A stretch of 64,000 bases of DNA from Catajapyx aquilonaris (taxonomy: Eukaryota). Positions within the stretch are counted from its first letter, which is position 1; each line of letters begins with the position of its first letter. Position numbers and translations under genes: made by a program. The DNA is taken from assembly GCA_000934665.2 (NCBI GenBank), contig KZ538462.1, forward strand, positions 1 to 64,000. Reading direction: 5' to 3'. Below the pieces are notes generated by a model. That model saw nothing but the letters and a program-made list of their open reading frames with translations, was not told the DNA's origin and searched no databases. This document shows positions 12,335 to 25,100 of this stretch, piece after piece.

Positions 12335-13669
12335 CTATACACCATGGTTATGAGTGATGACGTATGTGTTGCGTTGAATTATGTATGTGTTGTACACATT
12401 TCCAGAAGAATCAGTTCTTCTAATGACGTTATTGCCATTTTCATCTTTTGATTTTACACCACTTAAAACTGCCTGCAAGTCCTCTTCAAGTGACTCGTGT
12501 AGATCCACGACTGGCATTGTTGTTGCTGTATCCATTGAGCTTGAGGTTGTCGTCACCTCCACCTGTCGCTCTGATGCTCTGTGGTTCTTGATGTTGTTAT
12601 TGCTGGCGACTTTGTGGCCACTACTGTCAAGTGCAAGGTGGCCCAGGTGACCCATTTTAATCACAGGTTGACTGTTTTTATCTTCCACCTTTATTGCCTC
12701 CGCACCATCTGAAATTGATAAGCCAGTCAAAGAATGCCGATAACATATATCAATTAATTGTTGGGTAACCACATTCCTGGCAGTGAATATAATTAAGTTA
12801 CTTGCTACTTTTTCAATCCTTCAAGTTAGTGTTAATATTACTATCATATTTGGTTAACATACTGATATGTCTTATGTGTTTAGTTCCTTCCTCGTGCACA
12901 GACAAGGGGGTTAAATAAAGATTGATTTATTAACTGAAATATTATTGTATTGACATGCTTAAGCCGGCTTAAGTTAATATGCAGGTATAACTAGTTACAG
13001 TACCTTTAAAGCAATTGACTATTGAATTGATTATTACTTATTAGTATTAATGATCTTCAATTCTGACTATAACTTCTCCCAACTGGTCATCAAGTACTTA
13101 CTGCTGTTGTCCATCTGTTGGTCATCTCGAACATTTCTGTAAGCCGTAAGCCCCCAGAGCAACGTGACGCACAACGGATTCCCATCAGCACAAGCAGCTT
13201 GGCACGTCTTCTCGTTGCTAATCACCTTTCGAAACACGCCATACTCGTCACTCTCACTAAAATCGACAGTGGGCAGCAACACCCTCATCGTTGCACAAAG
13301 AGTCTCCTCCGTCACCAGGTACTTCCCAATTTGACTGGGCAGCTTGACCATCGATGCCTCGTCTTCAGGGATATCCATCGCTTCCTCCAGAGTGGCACCG
13401 CACGTCTTTTCAACAGTGTGGTATAATCCGTAGCACAAGTACTGCGTGGGCTTGTTGAATGCGAATTTCTCTGATTCCTTGTCCGGAATCCTCTCGTCGC
13501 ACAGGTTGGTCAACCACGCCCGGAAGTCATCGTCTTTGGCCACTGCTGGCGATGGGAAATCGCATTTGCTGCGAGTCAGAAGGTGGAGGATTCGGTGACC
13601 TGTTGACCTGGGGGCTGGGGTCACTTGGGTCACCGCGATGACCAGGAGAATCAGACGCAACCCGTACAT
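12335..13669 (-). CDS. Secreted paralogue of the TGN38-like 8-Cys N-terminal domain, 313 aa, no TM segment
   Basis: Exons 13102-13669 (donor GTAAGT) and 12335-12708 (TTTCAG acceptor), phase 1. Signal peptide MYGLRLILLVIAVTQVTP. All 8 Cys align with gene 1 (CDFP/CVFP, WL..LCDE/WL..FCDE, LCYGL, CQAAC/CQLGC, LCVTLLWGL/LCTALIWGL). Confidence 0.85.
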
Positions 13670-13699
13670 GGTGACGTCTCTGGCGTGATAGTGTCGGCC

Positions 13700-14300
13700 A
13701 GGTATAAATGGTCTTATAAGGTGCTGGGTATCGGTGCAAGTGATGACTCACGAGGAGATAAGCCCACTGATATGTCTCCTGGACGTTTATATCGAAGCAG
13801 ATGCCATACTGGTACAAACACTCTCATGTGACTGAATTTCAAGGGTTTTGTGAATAAAGTTTTTCGGGGAAAACGCTGCGCTGTGCTCCAGGGGATGTCC
13901 CCTGACACTCAAAATCCCCTCTCGGGCTGTTTAGCATATTCGCACACGCCACTTATTTGGCTCATACAGTACTTGTTAGCCCTTGACCTCTCTCATAGCC
14001 TGTTATTATCAGGGAGAAACTTTGCGAAAAAACGGCTTAAAATCAGTGCATCGTACACTCTTTAGTATAGACCGGTTCGGCTAAACCGTAGGCTACTCAT
14101 GTACTGCACGAGTAGGCTACTAAAAATATCCCGTATTTAATTTCCTGCGGAAACGACTCAGCGACACGTGATAGTTCGTAAGATTATCTGGGCAATAAAA
14201 CCGTCGAGGATAAGGGGAAATTGAGTATCGCTAGGTATCTAAGGTATATGTTTATCTATTCGGGGAAAATACAATATGACAACGGATATGGCACTTTTTC
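13700..14300. promoter_or_regulatory. Cluster of kappaB-like, AP-1 and GATA motifs between divergent genes
   Basis: TGACTCA 13744-13750, AGATAAG 13756-13762, GGGGATGTCCCC 13891-13902, GGGGATTTTG (minus, 13910-13919), GGGGAAAACG 13866, GGGGAAATTG 14214, GGGGAAAATA 14262. TATA-like CTTATAAG at 13713-13720. Confidence 0.4.
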
Positions 14301-15154
14301 CAAGCCTGTGTAGTCTATATTAAATTTTTTTTTTAATAAAAAAGAAATCGCAGTTTTATCATACCGCACCGGTACGTATCTAATTTTAAAACAATTCTCA
14401 TTAATCTAGGTTTGCGAATTGAATTTTATAGGTTATTTTCAGATTAATAAGTTACTGCTGGTGACCATATTAGCAAAACTATCATGTATGTATACAGGTA
14501 TCAGAATATAATTATTATCACGTATATAGCAACAATATAGTTTTAGTTGGCATTAATTTAACCTCGGTGGGGTTGTTGCAACTAAACTTTTTTCCCCGTT
14601 AATACATATTTAGTAAGCTATTGTACGCGTAGACTAATATCGATTATTAGCCTACATTATCTCTTGGCTAGCACAACACATTTGAGGCCCAGCATCTAGC
14701 GAATGAAACTGATAATTTTATTGCAATTAGGCTCCTCCTGCCCTCAATACTTGCGGATAATCCTAAGAAGTAAACAAACATCAACAAAACTAGAGGATGT
14801 GTCTACACACAACTTCCTGCACATATGTATGCAGATATGCATTAAGTTCATATTATGAACTATATAGTAGCCTACCAAGACTGTAAAACAAATGGCCGCT
14901 ATCGTTTCAGGATGTGGCGTATTGGAATTAGGATAAGATATAGTCACTCGATTAATTCATCATATCGCAATCCTATGCTAGAAGAAAAGGAGTAACTGAA
15001 GCAACAAATGGACCTTCCTAGAGTGTACTGTACGTATAGGGTAGCACATTTTGAACACTTTTGTAGGTGTAGTTATACAGTGCTAGTGTACAGAGTTACC
15101 GGTACTCATCTTCACTATAGAGGTCAAGAAACGTGCCAATAATAGGCTCCCATC

Positions 15155-15658
15155 ATGGCGGAATCACATTTGCTGATAGCTGCCGAGAATGGAAACCCGG
15201 CCATCCTGCAGTCGGCCCTGACCATGGTTCGGGCTTCAGGCGGCAACGTGAACTGTAGAGACAAAAACGCAAACACGCCCCTGATCCTGGCCGCCAAAGG
15301 TGGACACCTTATGTGCGTCATGCACCTCCTCCAGCACCCAGGAGTGGACGTCCACGCCAGGGACAGGATTGGAAGGACCTCTTTGTCGCAAGCGGCCGAG
15401 GGCGGCTACAGGCAGATCTGCGAGGAGCTGCTCAAATTGGGCGCCCTGGTGGACCGACCAGATGACCAAACCAACACGCCGCTGCACTACGCGGCTGCCA
15501 AGGGACACATAGAGGCGGCCAAGTTGCTCCTAGAACACCATGCTGATATTAACATGCGCAATAGTGACGGAAAGACGCCTGCGACTTTGGCCAGCGTAAA
15601 TGAGAAGGAAGAGATGGTCTCATTCTTGTTGGGATATCCGATGAATATGCGAATTTAA
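15155..15658 (+). CDS. Small ankyrin-repeat-only protein (5 repeats), 167 aa, intronless CDS
   Basis: Repeats LLIAAENGN, TPLILAAKGGH, TSLSQAAEGGY, TPLHYAAAKGH, GKTPATLA. Good Kozak context (ATCATGG). A likely 5'UTR acceptor lies at about 15120. Confidence 0.9.
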   Translation: MAESHLLIAAENGNPAILQSALTMVRASGGNVNCRDKNANTPLILAAKGGHLMCVMHLLQHPGVDVHARDRIGRTSLSQAAEGGYRQICEELLKLGALVDRPDDQTNTPLHYAAAKGHIEAAKLLLEHHADINMRNSDGKTPATLASVNEKEEMVSFLLGYPMNMRI

Positions 15659-15797
15659 AAGAAATTGACAGTTTGAAGTACGGTAGGTCTATTATGACTG
15701 CTTGTACAAAGGGTGTAAGGGGTAAAATCTTCAGTACAGTTCTTCATAAGCAATTATTATTGACGCGTCTTTGGATTTCTTGCAGACATTGCAGCCA

Positions 15798-17242
15798 TCA
15801 GAACTTAACGTCGCAGTCCTATAAAAAAGTTCATCAAATTAATATTAATGTGGGGTAGGAAAAGGGTGTTTCATTATATCTTTGAAATTAATGATGCATT
15901 GGTGAAGTAGTAGCTGAAGTTAACAAACAAATGTGTCTATTTCACCAATAATTCGAGTAGGTTATCTCATTATTACAAAATTTTACATTAGATACTGCGT
16001 ACGAGTATGTATATACTGCAGAGTCAACTTACCTTTACCAGTATGTCAAGCCAGCAATTCACAACTTTCGAACATACTGAGCAGTGTTTCTCAAGCAACA
16101 CCTCTGGAGTTAGGTCTTTGAAAGCTTCTCTTGCTGCAACAGCATTGGCTTTTATCAATTTACCGTATATAATTTTTTAATGATGATCTTCGTAAAGCAG
16201 GCATGCGTTTCACAAATATTGTCCTTGCCATGCGAGTGCTTATATATCTTAATATTTATAAATATTATTCATGTTATGTCCCTGATTAATAAAGTGCTGC
16301 TCACCTTCATTGTTACAGGTGTCAAAACTCTTTAAAATGAAATCTTTGGATGGTCCATACTCTGGGCCAGCATCTTTCCAATACTTGTCATAAAATACTT
16401 GGCCGCTAATAAATCCTTCCGGGCTCGCCTGCAACGAAAGGTCGATTTATCTAGGCATTTACCTTGGCATTTACTTGTAAGCGAAAGTCGAGAGTTGTGA
16501 GTACATACGCTTCCAATGGCTTGGTTGAAGCAATATTTGGTGCACTGAAATGCGATAAATATACCATTAATATGATAACATAATTTTCATCTCCTCAATA
16601 TTACTCAGTTGGTTTCTAGTTTTATATTCGAATATATAATTTGTAGGCCCCTACACCCAACGGTACACTGGAATTATGTGTAATCTTGTCTCCCTACGCC
16701 CCAGTTGTATCATCACAAATTAAGAAAGGATCTCCGATTAAATTGTGTGTAGATATCCACAATATACATAATCGAAGATTTTCAGGCTTTAATTTGCGTC
16801 AAAACAATTGGGTTTAAATGTTGGATCGGGCTGCATGCACACAAAATTCGTATAATATATATTCACAACTTGCCTCATTTTCCTGTTTAGTATCTGGATC
16901 CAGGCATCCATTCCAGACACAATCCTGCTCCTCCATTGCTATTGGGTCATCGAAAAATAAGCACTTTGGCTGAAATTATATCACATTTCAATAATATTAC
17001 ATTGTATCGTCATCTGTCACTTTGACCCTGTTGTACAGTACTTGTATGAACTCAAATCAAGCAAAATCTGCAATATTATGTACAGAAACTCATAATCAAA
17101 GATTTTCTCTTAATTTGAAATGCAGCTACGGGCATGAGTTTTGATTTATGTTGCACTGAAAATCTGAAATACTCACATCCTTCTGGCTGGACTGTTCAAC
17201 CACAGCCATAATAACAAGCAGGAAAGCAGCTGATGACAACAT
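15798..17242 (-). CDS. Secreted 135-aa, 8-Cys protein, odorant-binding-protein-like
   Basis: Exons 17177-17242, 16874-16969 (GAG|GCAAGT, GC donor), 16305-16428, 16033-16133, 15798-15818 join in frame: MLSSAAFLLVIMAVVEQSSQKDPKCLFFDDPIAMEEQDCVWNGCLDPDTKQENEASPEGFISGQVFYDKYWKDAGPEYGPSKDFILKSFDTCNNEAREAFKDLTPEVLLEKHCSVCSKVVNCWLDILVKDCDVKF*. The gene model is well supported; the OBP assignment is tentative. Confidence 0.7.
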
Positions 17243-18029
17243 TCTCAAGCACTTAGTGTAACTATTCACACTGGCGTCGACTATAATCGCGATGGACTTA
17301 TACAAACGAAACGTAACTGGAAGTAGATGACATAATATTACCAAGATTCATTGCCTCCAACTGTTCCAAGGCCATGTTGAAGAACTAATGAATGACAGAC
17401 TGAAACCTTATTATTTCACTGAATTTCTATGCGAATTAACCTTGACGACTACAATAATTGCCTAACGTTTGCCTCAAGGCCCCTGGAATTTACAAGTAAT
17501 CGTAGGCCTACTAGTACACACACAATACAAAGCCAACTGATGATGGATAAACCTTCTAATCCTGATTTTACATAAATAATTGTTACTCTTCAAATTTATT
17601 TAATGCAAAATAGAGATACGTACAACTCTTCGAAGTGAATAAAGCACATCAAACACATCGCCATGACCACTCTTGACAGGAAATGCATTATATGGTGGAA
17701 ATTGCCATAGAAACTGTTTCATGCAGTCATTGACATGTACTGACTACTGTCGTAGGCTATGCAAATCTCATAAGAAAATAACAATGAAATATATATAAAG
17801 CAAACCACTACCTGCTTTGTGTTCTCTCTGATGCCACTGGCTGCGTCCTACGACCTTGCCAGGATTATTTTCTCACTATGAGGATCTCAACGCACCTGAC
17901 CTGCATGCGTCCTTTAAAATAAAATTTCCCAAAGCATCATCATCTCCTCACCTGATTACATGACTGTTTTCTCCATAGTGTAGGTCTACTGCCCACATCC
18001 CCCCTTTCTATTGCAGACATGAAATCTTA

Positions 18030-18161
18030 TGCCTGGTTGCACCAACAAAATTACTGGTCCGATAGCTGCTAATGGACAGATGAGATAGGTAGACCTTTTA
18101 ATATGTGCTATCGGTCCGTTAGGAGCTATCGGACCGGTAATTTTGTTGGTGCAACCAGGCA
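18030..18161. mobile_element. PIF/Harbinger-type MITE
   Basis: Long near-perfect TIRs TGCCTGGTTGCACCAACAAAATTAC... / ...GTAATTTTGTTGGTGCAACCAGGCA, with a TTA 3-bp TSD on both sides. Confidence 0.8.
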
Positions 18162-19135
18162 TTAATCAACAATGTCAGCTGTTTGTATGTTACACAATAT
18201 TTATTTATTTATTTATTTATTTATTTGTGGTACCCCCTGTGGCAATGAATGTTACACAATATAGCCTACTGTCACACAGCTACATGATAACAGTATTATA
18301 TTACCTAAATTTAAATAGACAAAATAATGTGCTTGCTGTACAACTCTAATCCTGATTGGATGTGATGCTCTTCCTAGCTATTCTGTCTGAAACTTGGAAA
18401 GATATTATGTCTAGCTTCTCACTGTTTATTGGATATAACGAGACATGGGCTGAGAAACACTTTGCTTTGTTGAAAGTCATGCATGGCCTTTGGACGAAAA
18501 GGACGTATCAGTCTTTGTTGCTTCCACTTCGCCTAGTAACCAGGCCAGCTCATTTGAATAGTGATTAGGATTACAATCAGGAAGCATTTGCATACATGTT
18601 ATTTTCTCTTCTAAGTGGGAATCCACTGCCCAGGATAACAACAGGCTGTTATCAATAATTTTAGCCCACGTGGGCAATGATAAAATAATGTTATTTTAGA
18701 GAGTGGAGCAGGGAATGGCAGATCATTGGCCACAAGACTAACAATTCCATAATAATGTGTCATCACATAAGTAGCAGTCAACAAATATGCAATACAGTCA
18801 TGCTTGTATGGAAAACAGGTGCTATGCAATATCATACGCAATACACACATAATATCAATGCACAACATATTTTTCCCTTGCATAATAGTTTCTAACTACA
18901 ATATTTATTACACAACAAAAAATAAATCCAGGGCTGTCAGTTTTACATTCAAATATTTATTATAGTAATGAAATTACAAAATACACACTGCCATTATGGT
19001 CATCTAACATCAGGCACTCACGGATCGAAATATACACATAATTTTTTCTTCACCCATTAATAATGCTTTCACTTTGGTCCATTAAAAAAGCACACACTTT
19101 ATGTACATTGTCGTTGTGTAACAAAATATGGGCAG

Positions 19136-22100
19136 TTACAATTCAGTAGTTTCCATCTTTTTGGCAACCAGAGGATTGCTTAACTTGTCCAGATGGTTGT
19201 AAATGTTGTGGTGGAAAGTGTCTCCTCTGTTCAAGTCATTCTGATCGTCTGGTGTGGTGATTAGCACACTCGAACGAACCTCACTGCAAATTAGCCGAAA
19301 ATAAACAATGATTTCCGGCAGACTGTGAAAATGAGGCACTTACGCTGTGTATTCTTCGTTGTAGACATCATTTTGTGAGCAGAGTGCAGAGTGGACAGAA
19401 TGCGGGGAAGTCCCATCGCTAACAATAGCATTCTCATCCAATGAATCCCGGCTCTCTGTGTTGTGGCTGAAATATTTTAAAATGTAAGGGTTATAGTTAA
19501 GAACATCAAATATTTTTCTGTTTCCCCAGGCAAACTTTTTGAAGGTTTTGTGATGATTTTACAGTCATGGTCTAACCTGAGTGAATCTTCATCCTCCTTG
19601 TACCACTCATTCTCATACGAGTGCATCCAAATGGGATTGCTTCCTTCAACGCTGTGTATATTTGTGTTAGGCACCTGGCCTGAGACTCTGTGTAAACTGG
19701 AGTCCCGGCTTCCAAAGGCGCTGACTGTGGCTGCCTTCAGCTGCCGCCTGTACCTGTGGCGTTGTGCCAGACACAGCACCAGCACAAGCAGAAGCAATAT
19801 GGCCATAAAGATGCACCCTCCCAGCATCCACATTGCAAGCAGGCCTTCCGTCTCTTCCCTGAGGAGGATGGCTTCTGCTGGTTGGGTGTCGATGACATTA
19901 AAATCTTTGAACAATGCATCCAGTCGCTCTGTGTTCATGTCTATAAGACGCAACACTTCCTCTGCTTCTAAGACGGTGTGGTCCCCACGGCTCACAAAAT
20001 GTAGGTACACGTCAGTCTTCGTCTTGTCCACAGATCCTTCCTGATTTGCATGCACTTTGTACTCATCCACATTCACTATTGCTCCAGTCACATTGCCCAG
20101 AATGCTGAAAAATATTATTACACATAAAGGTCAGATATGCAGAAACAAAAAAGATCATAAATCTAGAAAGGCAACTCACTCTCTGAAGATCTCTATCCTT
20201 TCCCTGACTTCTGCTGGGTGCAGTCGGACAACAAACTTGACCCTCTGATCTTCTCTCAGGAGATATATGAATACTTTGGCTTCATCTGATAAACCACCAG
20301 TGTCGTTCACCAAAACCTGTGTTAACATTAGTTCGGTATGAGGGACAATTGCAAACATACACTTGGACTATTTTTATGCAATTGTTTTAAAAAGGTCGCA
20401 CTTGCACATCTGACAAATTTCGGTGCATTAACACTGCGTTGAGTAGTAACATGAGAAATATTTTTGGCTCACACATTTGATACAGGCAGATATACTCACT
20501 GTAAAGTCAAAATATCCCTTCATTCCCTTCTGCGGGTCAAAATTGAGAAGCACATTCCCAGACTTGTGCTCAACCAAGAAGGGTGGTCGTCTGATGTGGT
20601 CCAAACCCTCAGCCAATGTCTGTCTGATCCCACCTTTGAGGTAGAAGCGGAGGTCTGCATTTTCACCCACATCCAAATCTATGGCCTGAGTCAAATAAGA
20701 ATGGATTAGAAGATAATAAAGCAGGCAAACATTTTAGAAACATTTTTTTGGCTTCAAACTCTCACCTTGACCTGTATAACCTCAGTGCCAAAATTCGTCT
20801 GTGTTGTAACTCCTCCTGTGAAAACCCTCTTCAAGAAGCGAGGTGCATTGTCATTCAGATCATTCACGTACACTACCACCTTCAGCAGGGTATCATCATT
20901 TGGGTTGAAAAAGCTGGTGTTTGCAGGCGACGAGTGGCAGTCCTCAGAAGCTCTGACTAGCAGCAGGTGGGTGTCTCTCACTTCCCTGTCCAGAGGATGA
21001 GTCACACGCAACTCATGCTGCAAGGGATCGAGGGCAAAGTGTCCCCCTTCATTCCCTCCAACTATGAAGTAACACACAGTGGACGGGCGCTGGCCTTCAT
21101 CCTCGTCCAAGTCATCCCTGTCCACAGTTTCAGCAAGGAGGCGACGCTCCAAGCCAGGGACAGCATTTTCTGAAAAAGTGACTTTAGTCATAGTGCATTC
21201 TGACCCACGAATGACAAGTATGGATGAGATATCTACCGGTAAAATTGACAGTGAACTCATCCACAAGGAACTGAGGCTGAAAGTCATTCACATTCCGGAC
21301 GTAAATGGTGAGGTCCAGATCTGATGACAGTGGTGTGGGCACTCCCAGGTCATGAGCTTCCACTCTGATCTCATGTACCTTCTGCTTCTCTCTGTCCAGG
21401 GCCACCTTGAGGGACACCACACCTGTGACCTCATCCACCTCAAAATGTCTCCAGTGGCCCAGCAGGTCTTGCCTCAGGCGGTAACGGACAACACCATTTG
21501 GACCCACATCATCATCCACTGCCCGAACCTGGATCACCGCCGAGCCTACTGTGGCATTCTGTGGATTTCAGACACATTGTTGCAAAATTCATCCGATGAC
21601 TGTAGTAATACCTTTTTATATGAACATGCAAAAATGATATTATTGACAACAATCACACGGAAAGTCCAGGTCGCACCTGATACATTGAGAATTAGAAATT
21701 CTTGCCTGCCATTCTCTATTGATGGTCTGGCAATTTCCGTAAATTAGTAGATTAAATTCCTGCACATACCTCTGGAATTCGTATGGTGTAATTCTGGGCT
21801 GGACTAACGAATACAGGTGCATGGTCATTGAAGTCAGTCACACACACATCCAGCTTGGCGGCTGCCACATTTGGTGGCTTTCCCATGTCTTTGGCTTCGA
21901 TGGTGAGGCTGTAGTTCCCAAACAGCCCTTTGAGAGGCCTGGCTGGGAAAAGCCTGGTTGTCAATGGGCTTGAAGGATCTAAGCGGAACAGCCCTGCAGG
22001 ATCCCCATCCCGAATGGAGAATGAAATCTGTGCATTTGGTGTTGCAGGATCGTCTCCATCTGTAGCTCTGATGATGGCAATAACTTCTCTGGGGCTGTGG

Positions 22101-25100
22101 AATTCTGTCACTGAGGCGCACTCGGAAGGCACTTCAATTACCGGGGTCTCATCATTCACATCTACCACCGTCACTCTACAACAAGAAAGCGGAATGCAAA
22201 TTGTTGCATACACTACTACTCAGAAATGAGAACCACCAAGCTCGTTCTGCACTCTATGATAATAATTAATAAGAATCAAACTACTTGTGGTAGCTAATTA
22301 ACCTTCATGCAATAATTACCCTATCTGCTTAAATGCATTCCGACTCTCTCCACTTGCATATCCAAATTGATAGTTATCCCAGGCTTCTATGATTAAATTG
22401 TAGCTCCCTTGTTCTTCTCTGTCCAAGACATCTGTCACTTTTATGACTCCACTCTCGGGGTCAATGGCAAACTTGCCCTGAAGGAAGTAAGCAAGCTGTT
22501 AATTCATTCCTGAAAAAAATATTAGAGAGCTCTACGGAAAGTCCTTTGGTACCTTGGATGATGTTCTGTCCAGTAGGTAGGTCACTTTTCCATAGTCGCC
22601 GGCATCAGCATCTCGTGCTTCTACAGTTGCCACAACAGTACCTGTTTTGATAGCAGAAGTTTCATGTATTAGTGCAACAGCAAGAAAATCTGCTGCTGGC
22701 AACAATATTCACTATGACAAATATGAACGGAACTAACCAACTTGCACATCCTCCTTGATAGACACATTTGCCACTCTGTCCACAAAGATAGGATTGTTGT
22801 CATTCTCATCAAGCACCTGAATCACCACAGGCACCATGTTAGATCTGGGAGGCACCCCTGAGTCAGTGGCCCTGACGGTGAGATTGAGCCAGGGGAAACG
22901 CTCCCTGTCTATCCGAGTGGCAGCCACCAGTTCTCCTGTGGCCGGATCCAAGTGGACCAGTTCCCTTACTTCCTGGGACAGAGGAGAACCATCACCCTCC
23001 AGCTTGTATGTTATGCTCCGGTTCCTGTCAGGGTCGTCTGCCACCAGGTTGGCAATAGGAGCACCCATTTTGGAGTTCTCCGGGATGGACTTGCGGTACA
23101 CCCCACGGCGGAATTGGGGGGAATTGTCATTCACATCTTCCACCAGGACAGTAAGGGTAGCTGTAGGTAAGTTTAGATTGTTCATGTTAAAGTTGACACA
23201 TGGAAAGTGTTGATAGCAATGGAGTGAAAAATGTCCAAAATAGTCATATTTTCAAAATAGGCATTGTACATATTTCAGAATTTTCACCAATAAAAAGTAG
23301 GTTCAATTCTGCACACAGTCCCCAATCAAACCAAGCCCCCCAACTCCCAGTAACATACCAGTAGCACTCTGCCTTCCGCCTACAGCAGCCAAGTCCTCAA
23401 CTTGAAGTGAGAGTTTGAAAGTCTCGACAACTTCTCTGTCAAGTGGCCTGGCAACTCTGATGACACCATCAACTGCATTTAGCTCAAAGGCTGAGGTGTG
23501 ATTGAAGTTTGGGTTTCGTAGCCGAGTACCCTCTTCATTACGTGCCTCTGAACGGTTGTGATCTATGGTGTACCTATTAGTGTTGAGCAAGTACATGTAT
23601 TAATCGGCTCATGCATGTTTAATAAGGTGAGGTCTGTCAATCCATTACCTGAGAAGAGGCCTGTCGTCTGGATCCAGTGCCCTGACCTGATGCACATAGG
23701 TTCCTACTGGTGCATCCTCCCTCACTCGTACAATTCCAGGTTCCAGAAATATTGGTGACTTGTTATTAACATCCTCTACTGTTATATTCACCAACACTGA
23801 TGCCCTCCTTTGCTCTGCGCCAGGACCACCATCCAATGCCAATACCTCGAGCTCATACATTTTGACCTTTCCATCCGTCCTGTCTGGATCCAGGCTAGCT
23901 CCAGCTGCCACACTTATGGCACCAGTCTCAGGATCAATCACAAACTTATCTCTAGCTCCTTTCTGTATCCGGTACACCACAACATTATTTGGGGCAGATC
24001 CATCCTCATCAGTGGCAGTAACACGCAGCAGTTCAGTGCCACCAGGGACAGTCTCAGACACTGACCTTGCATATGAACTGCGTTCAAACTTTGGAGCATT
24101 GTCATTTGCATCCTGCAAATGAACCACTACTGGCACAAGAGAAAACTGCTTTGGTCGGCCAGAGTCTTCAGCCCGGACTGTTAGATTGATTGGTCGGACC
24201 GAGCCGCGGCCTGGGAGGACCTCAAAGTCCAGGGGCATGCGAGGAAGGAGCACACCTGTCACTGGATCGAGGGAGAAGTTGTGGTGCGGATCTCCAGCCA
24301 CAATTGAGTAACGGACCTGGCTGTTTGCAGTGCCTGTGTGAATAAGGGAACAGCTGAGAATACAGTTTGATCCAAAACACAAGTCACATAATTTTGCATA
24401 AAGCAGTCATCCACTTCTACAAGACTGGATTCAGTTCAATAGGACATGGAATCAAAATTTATGAACATTATAATCATCATTCCAACTTCATTAAGCAAAT
24501 TAATTGGGAATTACATTTTCACATGGAACAGAATGCTACCAACACCTAAGAGTAGGGAATTTTTATTACCATTAAGATCAGCATCCCTGGCTTCAACTCT
24601 GAGAGGAGTGTTGAAATTCGCCTGGTTCTCCACCAGACGCACATCATACTCCCGCTGCAGGAAGACTGGAGCATTGTCGTTGACGTCATTAATGTAAAGT
24701 GTCAACTGGACTGTGTTTCTGTTGCCCCTTCCTAAATCATCCCGTGCCTCCACAGTCAGGAAATAAAAGGGTATCTGCTCTCGGTCGAACCCATGACGAT
24801 CTGTGCGAACTGTTATGACGCCAGTCTTCGAGTTCAACTCCAGCCTATTGAAAGTGATAAATATTGAAATGTATTGAATTATGTTGAGTTCAGGTGGCAC
24901 TTAACAACTGATAATCTCTACTCACTTATCAGCAATACTTCCAGACAATCCAGTGTATCTTATGCCAGAGGAGCCATAATTCCCTGAGTCTGCATCCATA
25001 GCCTGAACCCATGCCACAGTGGTTCCCTTTTTCGCATCTTCTGGTATGGACACTTCATAGTGCGGCTCATTGAACTCTGGAAAATTGTCATTGACGTCCA

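Noticed and set aside
19550..24122. Plus-strand ORFs overlapping cadherin exons
   Set aside because: Antisense shadows of GC-richer coding exons with no recognisable motifs.
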